DNA of 64,000 nucleotides, taken from positions 4,096 through 68,095 of the forward strand of contig JAKAKZ010000001.1 of the NCBI GenBank assembly GCA_021824285.1, written 5' to 3'. This document shows, in pieces, positions 26,804 through 39,508 of the stretch. The DNA is from a bacterium. Lineage in GTDB: Bacteria > Patescibacteriota > Patescibacteriia > SG8-24. The translations under genes and the position numbers were made by a program. A model generated the notes under the pieces. The model had not been told where the DNA came from. It saw only the letters and a list, made by a program, of their open reading frames with translations, and did no database searches. How positions within the stretch are numbered: the first letter of the stretch is position 1; each line of letters begins with the position of its first letter.

Positions 26804-27946
26804 TCAGATCAGGCCGCGCCTGATCTCCGTCCGCACCCGACGGACGAGCTCGTTGAAATGCCAAAGGTTATGGATGGTAAGCAGGGTCCCGGCCGTATAC
26901 TCCTTGGCGCGATAGAGGTGGCAGAGATAACCGCGGGTGTATTTGGTGCAGGTCGGGCAGCCGCAGGCTGAATCAAGAGGCGCACGGGACTTCAGATGCT
27001 TGGACGAGCCAATCTCCAGGCGGCCCCGCGAAGTGAACGCCGTGCCGTGGCGGGCGTACTGCGTCGGAACCGTGCAGTCGAAGGTATCCACTCCTTCCTT
27101 GACGATACGGCGAATATCATCGGGATGACCGATGCCCAAAAGATGACGCGGCTTGCCTTCCGGCAGTTCACGGACCACCTCGCGCAGCATCGCGGTCATG
27201 GTCTTCTTATCCGCACCGAATTCCCCTCCGATCCCGAATCCGTCGAACGGCAGTGAGGCGACGGTCCGGGCCGAGGCGCGGCGCAGGTCCTTGAACTTGC
27301 CGCCCTGGACGATGCCGTAGAGCGATTGCTTGGGGTCACGGGCCTTCAAGCAACGTTCGGCCCAACGATGCGTCCGCGCCACGGACATTTCCGTGTAGGC
27401 CCGATCCGCGTTGGGCGGGGTGCATTCGTCGAAAGCGAAGGCGATATCCGCGCCGAGCGCGGCCTGAATGCTCATGGATTCCTCTGGTCCGATGAAGATC
27501 TTGCGGCCATCGAGATAGGAGGTGAAGGTGACCCCCTGTTCGGTGATGGAGAGGAGTTTCGGCTTCTGCTTCAGACCGACCTTGGCCGTGGTGTCGCGAT
27601 AGCCGATCTTGCCCAAACCGTAATCACGGCCGAACCCCAGGCTGAAGACCTGAAAACCGCCGGAATCAGTCATGATCGGACGCTTCCAGGCCATGAACTC
27701 GTGCAAGCCGCCTTGCGCCCGGACGACCTGCTCGCCTGGCTTGAGGTGCAGGTGAAAGGTATTGCAGATCAGGAGCGGGCTGCCGGCTCCCTCCGCTTGT
27801 TCCGCCGTCAGCGTCTTCACGGCCGCCTGGGTGGCGACCGTAACGAGCGCCGGGGTCTCCACCGTCCCATGCGCAGTGTGCAGCAAACCGAGCCGGGCGC
27901 GGCTTTTCTTGGAGCGTTTGAGGATTTCCAGGCGGACGCGGGGCAT
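26804..27946 (-). CDS. tgt: queuine tRNA-ribosyltransferase Tgt
   Basis: 380 aa; TIM-barrel Tgt motifs (GGFQVFSL, DCTVPTQYARHG), zinc site CGCPTCTKYTRGYLCHL. Confidence 0.9.
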   Translation of the reverse strand: MPRVRLEILKRSKKSRARLGLLHTAHGTVETPALVTVATQAAVKTLTAEQAEGAGSPLLICNTFHLHLKPGEQVVRAQGGLHEFMAWKRPIMTDSGGFQVFSLGFGRDYGLGKIGYRDTTAKVGLKQKPKLLSITEQGVTFTSYLDGRKIFIGPEESMSIQAALGADIAFAFDECTPPNADRAYTEMSVARTHRWAERCLKARDPKQSLYGIVQGGKFKDLRRASARTVASLPFDGFGIGGEFGADKKTMTAMLREVVRELPEGKPRHLLGIGHPDDIRRIVKEGVDTFDCTVPTQYARHGTAFTSRGRLEIGSSKHLKSRAPLDSACGCPTCTKYTRGYLCHLYRAKEYTAGTLLTIHNLWHFNELVRRVRTEIRRGLI

Positions 27947-28012
27947 TGAGGTGGGTGGCTTTGCGCTTAAAGCTTCGAGCTTGGAGCTACGTTAGTGCAG
28001 ACGTAATTAGAG

Positions 28013-28048
28013 CCTAAAACAGAGGTTTTGGCTAGGGGGCACCCTCTG
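28013..28048 (-). terminator. putative terminator hairpin after membrane aminopropyltransferase gene
   Basis: minus strand CAGAGG-(17 nt loop)-CCTCTG followed by TTTTAGG. Confidence 0.35.
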
Positions 28049-28054
28049 GTGCGT

Positions 28055-29584
28055 TCAGCGGCGCGCCATGCTGAACTCCGCGGACAGGAAATCCACGGGA
28101 GCGCGGTCGTCGGTCAGGAGCAGTCCCCGGCCGGAAGGCGGCGCGGCTTCGGCCGACATCGCCGCGACGCGCACCCCGTCCAGTTCCGGCGGCAGTGATT
28201 GCGCCGCAGCCGTCAAATCGAGCGGCGCATCGCTCGCGAAGATGATGCGGTTGAGGCTGTCCGCCACATGCACAACAGCGATGTGACTGAATACCGACCC
28301 AATAGTATCGATCAGGCTGCGGTAGAGCGGATCTCCCGGAACGTATTCGATCACGTTCATGGCCATGGCTCCGCCTGGTGCGAGCCTGTCCTTTACCGAT
28401 TCAAAGGCCTCGCGGGTCGCCAGCGTGACCGCCACATGCCGGTTGACGTAGGCGTCCAACACGATTGCCTCATACGAACCGGCGGAGTTCCGCAAGAAAA
28501 GGCGTCCGTCCGCGTTCACGAGCCTGATGCTGGACGGATCCAAACCCAAATCCGCTTCCGCAATCGCGGTCACGGCCGGGTCCAGTTCCACGCCCGTGAG
28601 ATCGACCGGGCGCAAGCCCGCCCCCAACCGGTAAGGCCGGATTGCCGCTCCGCCGGCCAGGCCGATGATCGCGGCCCGGTGCGCCGCTCCATGACCGGGG
28701 CGCAGCTGCGGCAGTAGCGAGAAATAATCATAGTAGTGGCCGGTCACCGGATCGGACGGATCGTAGACCGACTGTACGGCCAGGGCCTCATTGAAGGTCA
28801 GATACCGCTTACCGTCGCGTTCCAGCACGCGCACGAGCTGATATGGCGTTTCCGCGCGGCGAATGACGCCGGAGAGCGTCTCAAAAGGCGGAGTCACCGC
28901 GAACGCCAGCGGGAGCAGCAGAACGGCCATGAGCCTGCGCTTACCGCCGCCGGCCGAATAGAGCCAAAGTCCGACGGCAAGAAGCGTCCCGGCCACGATG
29001 GCGACAGTCGCCGAAACGCCCAAATCCGGCACCAGCACCAAAGTCGGAGTCAAAGTTCCGACGATGCTGCCGAAGGTAGAGACCATGAAAAAACGGGAAG
29101 ACGCCAAGCCCACGTCACGGCAGGCCGACCAGCGCTTAAGAATCGTCGGCGACAGCATGGTCGCCAGAAAAACCGGAGGCGCAAAAACAGCAGCGGAGAC
29201 GCCCAAGGAACCTAAAAAAACCCCTGACAGCCGTCCGTCGGCGGCGAGCAGGACAAATGCCAAGGAGGCAAAGACCGGCAGAAGCAGCGCCCCGAGTATG
29301 GCCAATATGCCGGTCCCCATGAGCAGAAGACCGATTGGGCGCAAGCCGAGATTACGCATGGCCAGACGTCCGCCGAACCAATACCCGACGGATGCGGCCG
29401 TCAGAACGCAGACGATGATGCTGGTCCAGACGAAAACCGAAGCGCCGAAATACGGCGCCAACTGCCGCGAGGCCGTCAGTTCGACCGCCATGGTAGCCGC
29501 GCCACCAGCAAAAGCGGCGGCCGCCAAATAGCGTTCTTCGTCCGCGCCGCAGAACACGGCTTTCAGACGGGCCATCAGAGCCAT
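28055..29584 (-). CDS. polytopic membrane protein fused to spermidine-synthase-like (aminopropyltransferase/methyltransferase fold) domain
   Basis: 509 aa; N-terminal about 8 TM; C-terminal Rossmann region (AIIGLAGGAAIRPY...VLDAYVNRHVAV) like PABS family. Confidence 0.6.
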   Translation of the reverse strand: MALMARLKAVFCGADEERYLAAAAFAGGAATMAVELTASRQLAPYFGASVFVWTSIIVCVLTAASVGYWFGGRLAMRNLGLRPIGLLLMGTGILAILGALLLPVFASLAFVLLAADGRLSGVFLGSLGVSAAVFAPPVFLATMLSPTILKRWSACRDVGLASSRFFMVSTFGSIVGTLTPTLVLVPDLGVSATVAIVAGTLLAVGLWLYSAGGGKRRLMAVLLLPLAFAVTPPFETLSGVIRRAETPYQLVRVLERDGKRYLTFNEALAVQSVYDPSDPVTGHYYDYFSLLPQLRPGHGAAHRAAIIGLAGGAAIRPYRLGAGLRPVDLTGVELDPAVTAIAEADLGLDPSSIRLVNADGRLFLRNSAGSYEAIVLDAYVNRHVAVTLATREAFESVKDRLAPGGAMAMNVIEYVPGDPLYRSLIDTIGSVFSHIAVVHVADSLNRIIFASDAPLDLTAAAQSLPPELDGVRVAAMSAEAAPPSGRGLLLTDDRAPVDFLSAEFSMARR

Positions 29585-29587
29585 AGG

Positions 29588-30055
29588 TCAGACCGGACTG
29601 CGCAGGAACAGCAGGCCGGTGATGAAGAGGAAGAAGATGTAGGCCGAAGCCGCCATGGCGATGTAGCGCTTCGGCAACTGACGGCGGGCATGGGCGTTGG
29701 CGTAGGTGAAGAGGGCCAAGCACGCGCCCATGAGTCCGGCGTCGCGCACCGTCAGATCGTCCGCGCCGATCGGCAGGAAGAAGGCCAACAGGAAAAAGAA
29801 GGCGCCGGCCGCAGCTTCCCTGACGTATTTGCCGGAGACCAACAGCACGCCGACCGCGGCCTCAAGCAGGCCGGCCGCCACAATCACCCAAGACCAGGGG
29901 GCAGGCAGCAGATCGCTCAGGAATTCCGGCAGCCGCGCATACCAGGCGATAGGATGCAGGATTTTATGCAGCCCGAACCACAGGAACACGCTACCCACGG
30001 CGAAGCGCAGGATCACTATGCCGAGATCGCGATCGTCTTTGCGGAAAATATCCAT
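29588..30055 (-). CDS. DoxX-family membrane protein (putative)
   Basis: 155 aa, 4 TM; ILRFAVGSVFLWFGLHKI DoxX-like. Confidence 0.5.
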   Translation of the reverse strand: MDIFRKDDRDLGIVILRFAVGSVFLWFGLHKILHPIAWYARLPEFLSDLLPAPWSWVIVAAGLLEAAVGVLLVSGKYVREAAAGAFFFLLAFFLPIGADDLTVRDAGLMGACLALFTYANAHARRQLPKRYIAMAASAYIFFLFITGLLFLRSPV

Positions 30056-30061
30056 AATAAA

Positions 30062-30829
30062 TCAGCCGATAGCCGGCCGGCGTTGGCGCAGGAGCAGCCA
30101 GATTCCGGCCGAAACCATGATCAGGCAGCCGTACTGCGCCGGCGTCAGATAAAAATATCTGGCATCGGCGATGCCTGGATCCCATATGCGGTAGAAGTCC
30201 AGCGCGAAACGGCCGAGACCGTAAATGACGAGATAAAGGGGCAGGAAACCGCGGCGGCGCAGGGCCGGACGCAGCTTGGCCAGGGCCAAGAAGAGCCCGA
30301 ACATCAGAAAACCGAGCAAGGAGTTCAGCAGCCCGTGGTCCAGACGCGGTCCGTCAGGAAAACCAACCGCCAAAAAAGACGTAGAAGAAACGCCGAGATG
30401 GTCGTGGATGAGAAAGCAGCCGATGCGCCCGATGCCGTCCCCGAGCGGCAGGACAAAGGCGGCGACGTCGGCGTAATCACGCCACTCGAGACCGGTGCGC
30501 CAGCAATATGCGATGAGCGTCGCCGCCCCGAAGAGCAGACCGCCGGTGATGGACATGCCGCCCTGCCAGAACTTCAGGATGCGCAGCGGATCGGCTAAGT
30601 AAGCGGCCGGATCATAGGCGAAGACGTGGACCAACCGACCTCCGATGAGCGCCGCGATGACGGTCCAGGTGGCGAGATCCAAAAAGCGTTCGCCGTCGAG
30701 ACCGCGCCGCTTCGCCTCATGCCGACCGACATAGGCCGCCGTCAGTATGCCGATGGCGACCATGAGGCCCCAAACCTGAATGTGTACGGGACCGACGGTG
30801 AAACTGGTCAAGGTAAAATACGGAATCAT
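30062..30829 (-). CDS. lgt: prolipoprotein diacylglyceryl transferase Lgt
   Basis: 255 aa; Lgt signature region (LIGGRLVHVF, FGAATLIAYCW), polytopic. Confidence 0.8.
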   Translation of the reverse strand: MIPYFTLTSFTVGPVHIQVWGLMVAIGILTAAYVGRHEAKRRGLDGERFLDLATWTVIAALIGGRLVHVFAYDPAAYLADPLRILKFWQGGMSITGGLLFGAATLIAYCWRTGLEWRDYADVAAFVLPLGDGIGRIGCFLIHDHLGVSSTSFLAVGFPDGPRLDHGLLNSLLGFLMFGLFLALAKLRPALRRRGFLPLYLVIYGLGRFALDFYRIWDPGIADARYFYLTPAQYGCLIMVSAGIWLLLRQRRPAIG

Positions 30830-32574
30830 TTTTTGGGCCCCTTACGGATAAGAAGAAAAAGCCAGACCATCATAGCGGACGAAACCATGAAACCTATCTC
30901 TCCGACCGGCAAGCCAAGCACGGCCAGCTTCTGTTCCGCCCGCATGATCACGGCCGAACCGATCGCTAAGGCGGCGGAAAGCAGCGCCAGGACGCGCAGG
31001 TCATTCTGGCGGTCGAACTCCTCCTTGAGGTCATAAAGCTCCTGCAGGTCGATGCGCACGCCCACCTCGCCCTTCTCGAACCGTTCCAGCAGGGACCGCG
31101 TCTCCTCGGGCAGGCGCTTAAGGAACTGCAGCGCATCGAAAACCGATGTTTCCGCGGTCTGCCGCATCTTATCCGGAGAAAACTCATCGAGCAGCGCGGC
31201 CGTCACCTGCGGCTTGATGGCCGCCGTCAAATCGAAATCCGGATCAAGCTTCAGCACCATCGCCTCCACGGTGAGAAAGGCCTTGCCGAGCAAAATCAGG
31301 TCGGCCGGGAACAGGATGCCGCGCCGGCTGCCGGCCAGGAGCACATGGTAGAAGGCGAAAGCCGCACCCTTCTTCTCGAGCGGCTTATAGAGAATACCGG
31401 TGAGGGTGGAGCGCACGTCATCGCCGAATCCTTCGATGTCCGCCGCGTCCTTGGACTGCGCCAAATCCACCATGTGGCGGGCGAAGCCGTCGATGTCCTT
31501 GTTCAGGAAGCAGGAAAAGCAGCTCAGCACCTCATAACGGCTGCGTTCCGAGAGCGTCCCGACCATGCCGAAATCGTAGAGCGCGATGCGCGGCGCATTC
31601 TCCGGACCCGGCTCGGCGTTCTTCCGCACCGCCTTGGGCGGTACGCAGACGATATTGCCGGGGTGCGGATCGGCGTGGAAAAAGCCGTCACGCAGGAACA
31701 TGCGCAAACCGACGCCCAAGCCCTTGGCCGCGACCCAGGCCGAATCGATATGGGCCTTCTTGAGCCCGGTCAGGTCGTCCACCTTGATGCCGCCGACATA
31801 GTCCGTCACCAGCACAGACGGCGTGACCAGTTTCCAATGGACTCCCGGAATCACGACCTCGCTGTCCTTGCGGAACGACTCGCGAATCCGGTCCATGTTG
31901 GCGCCCTCCAGGGAGAAATCCAGCTCCCGCATGGTCCAAGCCGCGAATTCGGCCACGAGCCGGACAGGCCGGAAACGCCGGCTCTCCGGGATATGCTCCT
32001 CCAGCAGGCGCGCCACGAAGGCCATGATGCGCACGTCGGTCGCCACAAGCCGGTCAGCGGCCGGACGCTTGACCTTGACTGCGACCACCGTACCGTCCTT
32101 GAGCCGTGCCCGATGGACCTGCGCCAGCGAGGCCGCGGCGGCCGGCTTTTCAGTGAAGTCGGAAAAGATATTCTCAATCGGCTGACCCAACTCGCGCTCG
32201 ACGATCTTCTCGGCCGTCCCAGGCATGAGCGGACGCACCGCATCCTGAAGTTTGGCGAACTCCGCCGCCACATCCACGCCGACCACATCGGGCCGCATAC
32301 TCATGATCTGGCCGAGTTTGACGAAAGTCGGGCCAAGGCGCTCAAAGGAGCGCCGCAGACGAACCTCAAGAGGCGGCCCAGCCTCCGGCCCATCGGTACG
32401 ACGCGCCCCTGGCCGCAGGCGCAAGGCCGCGAGCGCCCGGGACCGGAGCGGCACCAGATACCGCAGGCGCATGCGGTCGACAAAATGGGCCATCCCCTCT
32501 TCCATGAGGACGGTCACCACGGTCCGGAAACGGCGGATGTCGCCGATGGCATCGGGCAGGTTGGCGAGCGGCAT
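30826..32574 (-). CDS. UbiB/ABC1-family atypical protein kinase
   Basis: 582 aa; ABC1 motifs (AAASLAQVHRARLKDGTVVAVKVKRP; HADPHPGNI), C-terminal TM. Confidence 0.8.
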   Translation of the reverse strand: MPLANLPDAIGDIRRFRTVVTVLMEEGMAHFVDRMRLRYLVPLRSRALAALRLRPGARRTDGPEAGPPLEVRLRRSFERLGPTFVKLGQIMSMRPDVVGVDVAAEFAKLQDAVRPLMPGTAEKIVERELGQPIENIFSDFTEKPAAAASLAQVHRARLKDGTVVAVKVKRPAADRLVATDVRIMAFVARLLEEHIPESRRFRPVRLVAEFAAWTMRELDFSLEGANMDRIRESFRKDSEVVIPGVHWKLVTPSVLVTDYVGGIKVDDLTGLKKAHIDSAWVAAKGLGVGLRMFLRDGFFHADPHPGNIVCVPPKAVRKNAEPGPENAPRIALYDFGMVGTLSERSRYEVLSCFSCFLNKDIDGFARHMVDLAQSKDAADIEGFGDDVRSTLTGILYKPLEKKGAAFAFYHVLLAGSRRGILFPADLILLGKAFLTVEAMVLKLDPDFDLTAAIKPQVTAALLDEFSPDKMRQTAETSVFDALQFLKRLPEETRSLLERFEKGEVGVRIDLQELYDLKEEFDRQNDLRVLALLSAALAIGSAVIMRAEQKLAVLGLPVGEIGFMVSSAMMVWLFLLIRKGPKK

Positions 32575-32576
32575 GT

Positions 32577-33035
32577 TCAGATGGCGCCGAGACGGTTCAG
32601 CGCTTTACGGTAACCGGCCACGGCGCGGCGCGCCAGACCGGTCTCCAGATGGAAAGTGGCCTCATGGACCAGTTGATTGCGGACCTTGTGCGCCCACCAG
32701 ACATCGCGCAGTTCCGGATAGCGGTACTGGGCGAATTTCAGCCGCTCACCCAATGTTTCTCCGGGCATGGCGAGCGTCTTCAGGGCCTGATCGAGCAGCT
32801 TGTCGGCCTCGACAATGGCCAGCTTGCGCTGCATTTCGCCGCCGCTTGCCGCCATGTCCTCAATTTCCTGCCAGCGCCGCCGCAACGTGGCGCGGTCCTG
32901 TGCCATGAACTTGCGCGAAGCAAAGAAACGGCGCAAGGCGCGGAACAGGGAAAAGACAATGACCGACACCGCCGCCGCGCCGACAGCATAAGCGGCGATT
33001 GGACCGGCGGACGCTAGATCAATGGTCACCGTCAT
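32577..33035 (-). CDS. hypothetical membrane-anchored protein
   Basis: 152 aa; N-terminal TM; no recognised motif. Confidence 0.4.
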   Translation of the reverse strand: MTVTIDLASAGPIAAYAVGAAAVSVIVFSLFRALRRFFASRKFMAQDRATLRRRWQEIEDMAASGGEMQRKLAIVEADKLLDQALKTLAMPGETLGERLKFAQYRYPELRDVWWAHKVRNQLVHEATFHLETGLARRAVAGYRKALNRLGAI

Positions 33036-33049
33036 ATCGCAGGAAGCGG

Positions 33050-33496
33050 TCAGCCGGCGATCCAGGTGACGCGCGCGATCTCATCGCCTTTCGGCCAGAT
33101 AATCTCGAGCGTACCGCCTTTGTGGCTCGCGTGCACATGCTTGCCCAAAGCTACCGCCAGATGGGCCTGCGCGGTCAGGACGGTGACGCCGCCCGGACCG
33201 GCGGTCAGCTTGACCACGCGGTTGGCGGAATCACGTTCCTCCGCGAGCCGGGCCTGATGGCGCAGCTCGGCGAGCAATCCGGCTTTCAGCTCCGGCACGA
33301 GACCGGACAGCTTGAGCTCGCCGCCGACCGCCCGGCGTACGGTCGGGCGCATGCGTTTCAGATCCCGCCGCATGGCTTCGCTGTCACGGACCGGTCGGCT
33401 AAAACCGCCGCTGGCCGTGCGCCGCTTCGTCTTGCGCGGCATGACTTTGCTGGGACGGACACGGGCGGACCGGCGGATGATGCGGACGGTCTTCAT
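33050..33496 (-). CDS. hypothetical basic protein
   Basis: 148 aa; Arg/Lys-rich N-terminus; no motif recognised. Confidence 0.35.
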   Translation of the reverse strand: MKTVRIIRRSARVRPSKVMPRKTKRRTASGGFSRPVRDSEAMRRDLKRMRPTVRRAVGGELKLSGLVPELKAGLLAELRHQARLAEERDSANRVVKLTAGPGGVTVLTAQAHLAVALGKHVHASHKGGTLEIIWPKGDEIARVTWIAG

Positions 33497-33519
33497 AGGG
33501 ACAAACGGTTAAACAATGA

Positions 33520-34989
33520 TTATTTTTTCAATGGGAGGCGACCATGCGCCTCTTCGAAGGCGCGGGCCACGGCCAGCAGACGGCCCTCCTCGAAATGGCG
33601 GCCGATGAACTGGAAGCCGACCGGCAGGCCGGCGGCCAAACCGCAGGGCAGGCTCAAGGCCGGCAGGCCGGCGACGTTGACGGCCACAGTGTAGATGTCC
33701 GCCAGATACATGGCGAGCGGATCATCCTGCATCTCGCCGAGCTTCCAGGCTGCGAGCGGCGAAGTCGGGCCGACCAGCACGTCCACGTCGCGGAACGCTC
33801 GGAAAAAATCGTCGGAAATCAGCCGTCGGGCCTTCTGGGCCTGCAAATAATAGGCGTCGTAATAGCCGGAGGAGAGAGCGTAGGTACCGATCATGATGCG
33901 GCGTCTGGCTTCCTTGCCGAAGCCCTGGCCGCGGGACCGGCGATAGGTGTTCTCGAGCGAACCGCCCGACACGCGCGTGCCGTAGCGCATGCCATCGAAA
34001 CGCGCCAGGTTGGCGCTGACCTCGGACGGCATGAGGACGTAATAGACGGCCAGCGCGTATTCGCTGTGCGGCAAAGAGACTTCCTTGATTTCCGCGCCCA
34101 AGCCCGCCATCCGTTCGATCGCCTGACGCACGGAAGCTTCGACTTCCGGCTGCATGCCCTGGCCAAAATATTCTTTGGGCACGCCCACACGAATGCCCTT
34201 GAGGGACGCCAGGCGTTCGCCCTTCAGTCCCCAATCGGAGCGCAGTTCGACGCTCGTGCTGTCGTTGGCGTCGCGGCCCTCGATGGCTCCGAGCAGCAGC
34301 TCCGCGTCGTCCACCGACCGGGTCAGCGGTCCGATCTGGTCCAGACTTGAGGCCATGGCGATGAGGCCATAGCGCGAAACGCGGCCGTAGGTCGGTTTGA
34401 GGCCGACCACGCCGCACATGGCCGCGGGCTGGCGGATGGAGCCGCCAGTGTCGGAACCCAATGCGCCGCAGGCCGAGCCCTCGGCCACCGCCACGGCACT
34501 GCCGCCGGACGAACCTCCCGGAATTTGTGCCGTGTCCCAAGGATTGCGGGTCGGGCCATGTACCGAGGACTCCGTCGACGAGCCCATGGCGAACTCGTCC
34601 ATGTTGGTCTTGCCCAGAAGGACCGCGCCGGACCGGCGAAGCTTTCCGACGACCGTGGCGTCATAGGCCGCGCGGTAGTCCTTGAGGATGCCGGAGCCGG
34701 CCGTGGTACGGCCGCCGGCCACGCAGATGTTGTCCTTGACCGCTAAGGGAATGCCGTCGAGCTCGGAGAGCGGCTGGCCTGCTTTCCGCCGTCCATCAGC
34801 TTCGCGCGCGCCCGCCAAGGCCCCTTCGCGATCGATCGTGACGTAGGCGGAGGTGATCGTCTGTCCGACCTCCGCGGCGCGCAAACAGGCCTCCGTCAGC
34901 TCGACGGAGCTCAATTCACTCTTGCGCAGCGCCGCCGCCGCTTCTGTGATAGTCATGGTCTTCGGATCCATATCAGGAAAATACCGCAT
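33520..34989 (-). CDS. gatA: Glu-tRNA(Gln)/Asp-tRNA(Asn) amidotransferase subunit A
   Basis: 489 aa; amidase signature GGSSGGSAVAVAEG and Ser-cisSer-Lys context. Confidence 0.9.
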   Translation of the reverse strand: MRYFPDMDPKTMTITEAAAALRKSELSSVELTEACLRAAEVGQTITSAYVTIDREGALAGAREADGRRKAGQPLSELDGIPLAVKDNICVAGGRTTAGSGILKDYRAAYDATVVGKLRRSGAVLLGKTNMDEFAMGSSTESSVHGPTRNPWDTAQIPGGSSGGSAVAVAEGSACGALGSDTGGSIRQPAAMCGVVGLKPTYGRVSRYGLIAMASSLDQIGPLTRSVDDAELLLGAIEGRDANDSTSVELRSDWGLKGERLASLKGIRVGVPKEYFGQGMQPEVEASVRQAIERMAGLGAEIKEVSLPHSEYALAVYYVLMPSEVSANLARFDGMRYGTRVSGGSLENTYRRSRGQGFGKEARRRIMIGTYALSSGYYDAYYLQAQKARRLISDDFFRAFRDVDVLVGPTSPLAAWKLGEMQDDPLAMYLADIYTVAVNVAGLPALSLPCGLAAGLPVGFQFIGRHFEEGRLLAVARAFEEAHGRLPLKK

Positions 34990-35266
34990 CCGTCTTCAGC
35001 AGGTCGCCCTGCCGAGCGGGCATGGCCTCAAGCAAGCGCTGGCGCGTAGCCGCGTCGCAGGAGCGCACCTCGTCCGGCCGCAGAGGGTCCCAGAGCTCCA
35101 AGGCATGCGTCATCGGCTCAACGCTCGCGGTGTCGAGCTGACGGAGCTTGCCGACATAATCGAGAATCGAAGAAATCTGCCGACGAAAGGACTCCCGCTC
35201 TTCGGCGGAAAGCTCCAATCGGGCCAAGGCGGCAATCTTATCCACCTCTTCCAAGGTCAGTTGCAT
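34973..35266 (-). CDS. gatC: Glu-tRNA(Gln)/Asp-tRNA(Asn) amidotransferase subunit C
   Basis: 97 aa; GatC-like (EEVDKIAALARLELSAEE...ILDYVGKL); overlaps gatA start. Confidence 0.8.
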   Translation of the reverse strand: MQLTLEEVDKIAALARLELSAEERESFRRQISSILDYVGKLRQLDTASVEPMTHALELWDPLRPDEVRSCDAATRQRLLEAMPARQGDLLKTDAVFS

Positions 35267-35308
35267 ACGTCAAAAACTTGTCAGCTTATAAGGTCGGAAC
35301 GGCGTATC

Positions 35309-38258
<2,950 letters not shown>

Positions 38259-38261
38259 AGG

Positions 38262-38903
38262 TCAACGGCGAAATTGCCGCCCGGCGGCGGTAGCCTGAAC
38301 CGAAGTGATGGTCAGACCCTCCGTCTGGTTGGTGTTCTCTAGCACCATCACGACCGTCACGCGCTGCTGCAGATTGCTGACGAAACCGTCAATCGTGGCG
38401 TCATAAATGCTGGGGTCGCGGTACGGCGCCACATAGAACTTCAGGTTCCGCAGACGGACGCTTTTCGGCGTAATCGGCGCCGGTGCCGAACCGTCGACCG
38501 TGACAAGCAGACACGGCTGGCTGTCGGCATCGGCACAATACTGTCCCGTGGCGGCATCGCTCTTCTCAAAGACGATCTGCGAACTGTTCTCGTCGATAAG
38601 AGCCAACGAGTCGGCTGGCAGCGGCACCGTGCCGGAATAATACTGGTAGTCCACGAGATCGTTCCGGATTTCACGCACCATGGCCTCAAGCGTGTAACGG
38701 GCATCTGCCTGGGCCCGCTCCATGGAAAAAACCTTGCGCTGCGCGCGGTTGGACATGATGAAGATGTCCGAGGCGGTCGCGACCGTCAGCGAAAACAGGC
38801 CGAGCACGACCACCATTTCCATGAGCGTGAAGCCGCGGGCATCCGCCACGCGCCTTTTTCCGTGCAGCCGCGAATCAGCGCCAATCATAAAGCCATTCCT
38901 CAA
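38262..38903 (-). CDS. type IV pilin-like protein (pseudopilin/minor pilin)
   Basis: prepilin signal G|FTLMEMVVVLGLFS with Glu+5. Confidence 0.65.
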   Translation of the reverse strand: MRNGFMIGADSRLHGKRRVADARGFTLMEMVVVLGLFSLTVATASDIFIMSNRAQRKVFSMERAQADARYTLEAMVREIRNDLVDYQYYSGTVPLPADSLALIDENSSQIVFEKSDAATGQYCADADSQPCLLVTVDGSAPAPITPKSVRLRNLKFYVAPYRDPSIYDATIDGFVSNLQQRVTVVMVLENTNQTEGLTITSVQATAAGRQFRR

Positions 38904-39507
38904 GTTTCAGATTCCGTTGCTTGTTGACCACATTCCAGCGGACCGAAACCTCGACCTTCATGCCGATCTTGTGGGAGGTGGCCGCGCAGGGGCCGCAGGT
39001 CGTAGTCTCGTTGCCGCTCGCGTCAGCACAGACCGAGCTGATCGTCAGATAACGCTTGAACACGGTCGCTTCGGTATCCGGCGGCTTGTTGGGTGCCTGG
39101 ACATAGAGCCCGAGGGTCGCATCGTTGGGGCTCGAGGTGTAGCGCCAGACCGTGGAACTGAGGTCGCCGAAACCGGTCGTGGCGTAATCCAGAGACCAAA
39201 AACCGCTGGTCTGACCGGACGGGTCAAAGACCGGGATGGCGGTGCAGCGCGCCGGATCAGCGATGCCGGAGTCGAAGACCTGGTCAGCGAGCCAATTCGA
39301 GTCGCGCATGGCCCGCACGGCCTCAATTCCCTCGCGGGCCAAATTAGCGGCCACAATGCCCAATTCGCTTTCCTTCTCGGCCTTGACGGACACCGTCACG
39401 AGCGTGAGCGCGGAGGAAACCGCCGTGACGACGATGCCCAAAGCCACCGCCGCCTCCACCATACTCTGACCGGCACTACGCCGCCGTTGACGCAGGAGGT
39501 GAGGCAT
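38875..39507 (-). CDS. type IV pilin-like protein (minor pilin, PilV-like)
   Basis: N-terminal AGQSMVEAAVALGIVV prepilin-like hydrophobic helix with Glu. Confidence 0.5.
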   Translation of the reverse strand: MPHLLRQRRRSAGQSMVEAAVALGIVVTAVSSALTLVTVSVKAEKESELGIVAANLAREGIEAVRAMRDSNWLADQVFDSGIADPARCTAIPVFDPSGQTSGFWSLDYATTGFGDLSSTVWRYTSSPNDATLGLYVQAPNKPPDTEATVFKRYLTISSVCADASGNETTTCGPCAATSHKIGMKVEVSVRWNVVNKQRNLKLEEWLYDWR

Positions 39508-39508
39508 A

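Noticed and set aside
27990-28050. preQ1-I riboswitch upstream of tgt
   Set aside because: Hairpin has the A-run inside the loop rather than as a 3' tail and sits immediately after the upstream gene stop with a U-tract; better explained as a terminator.
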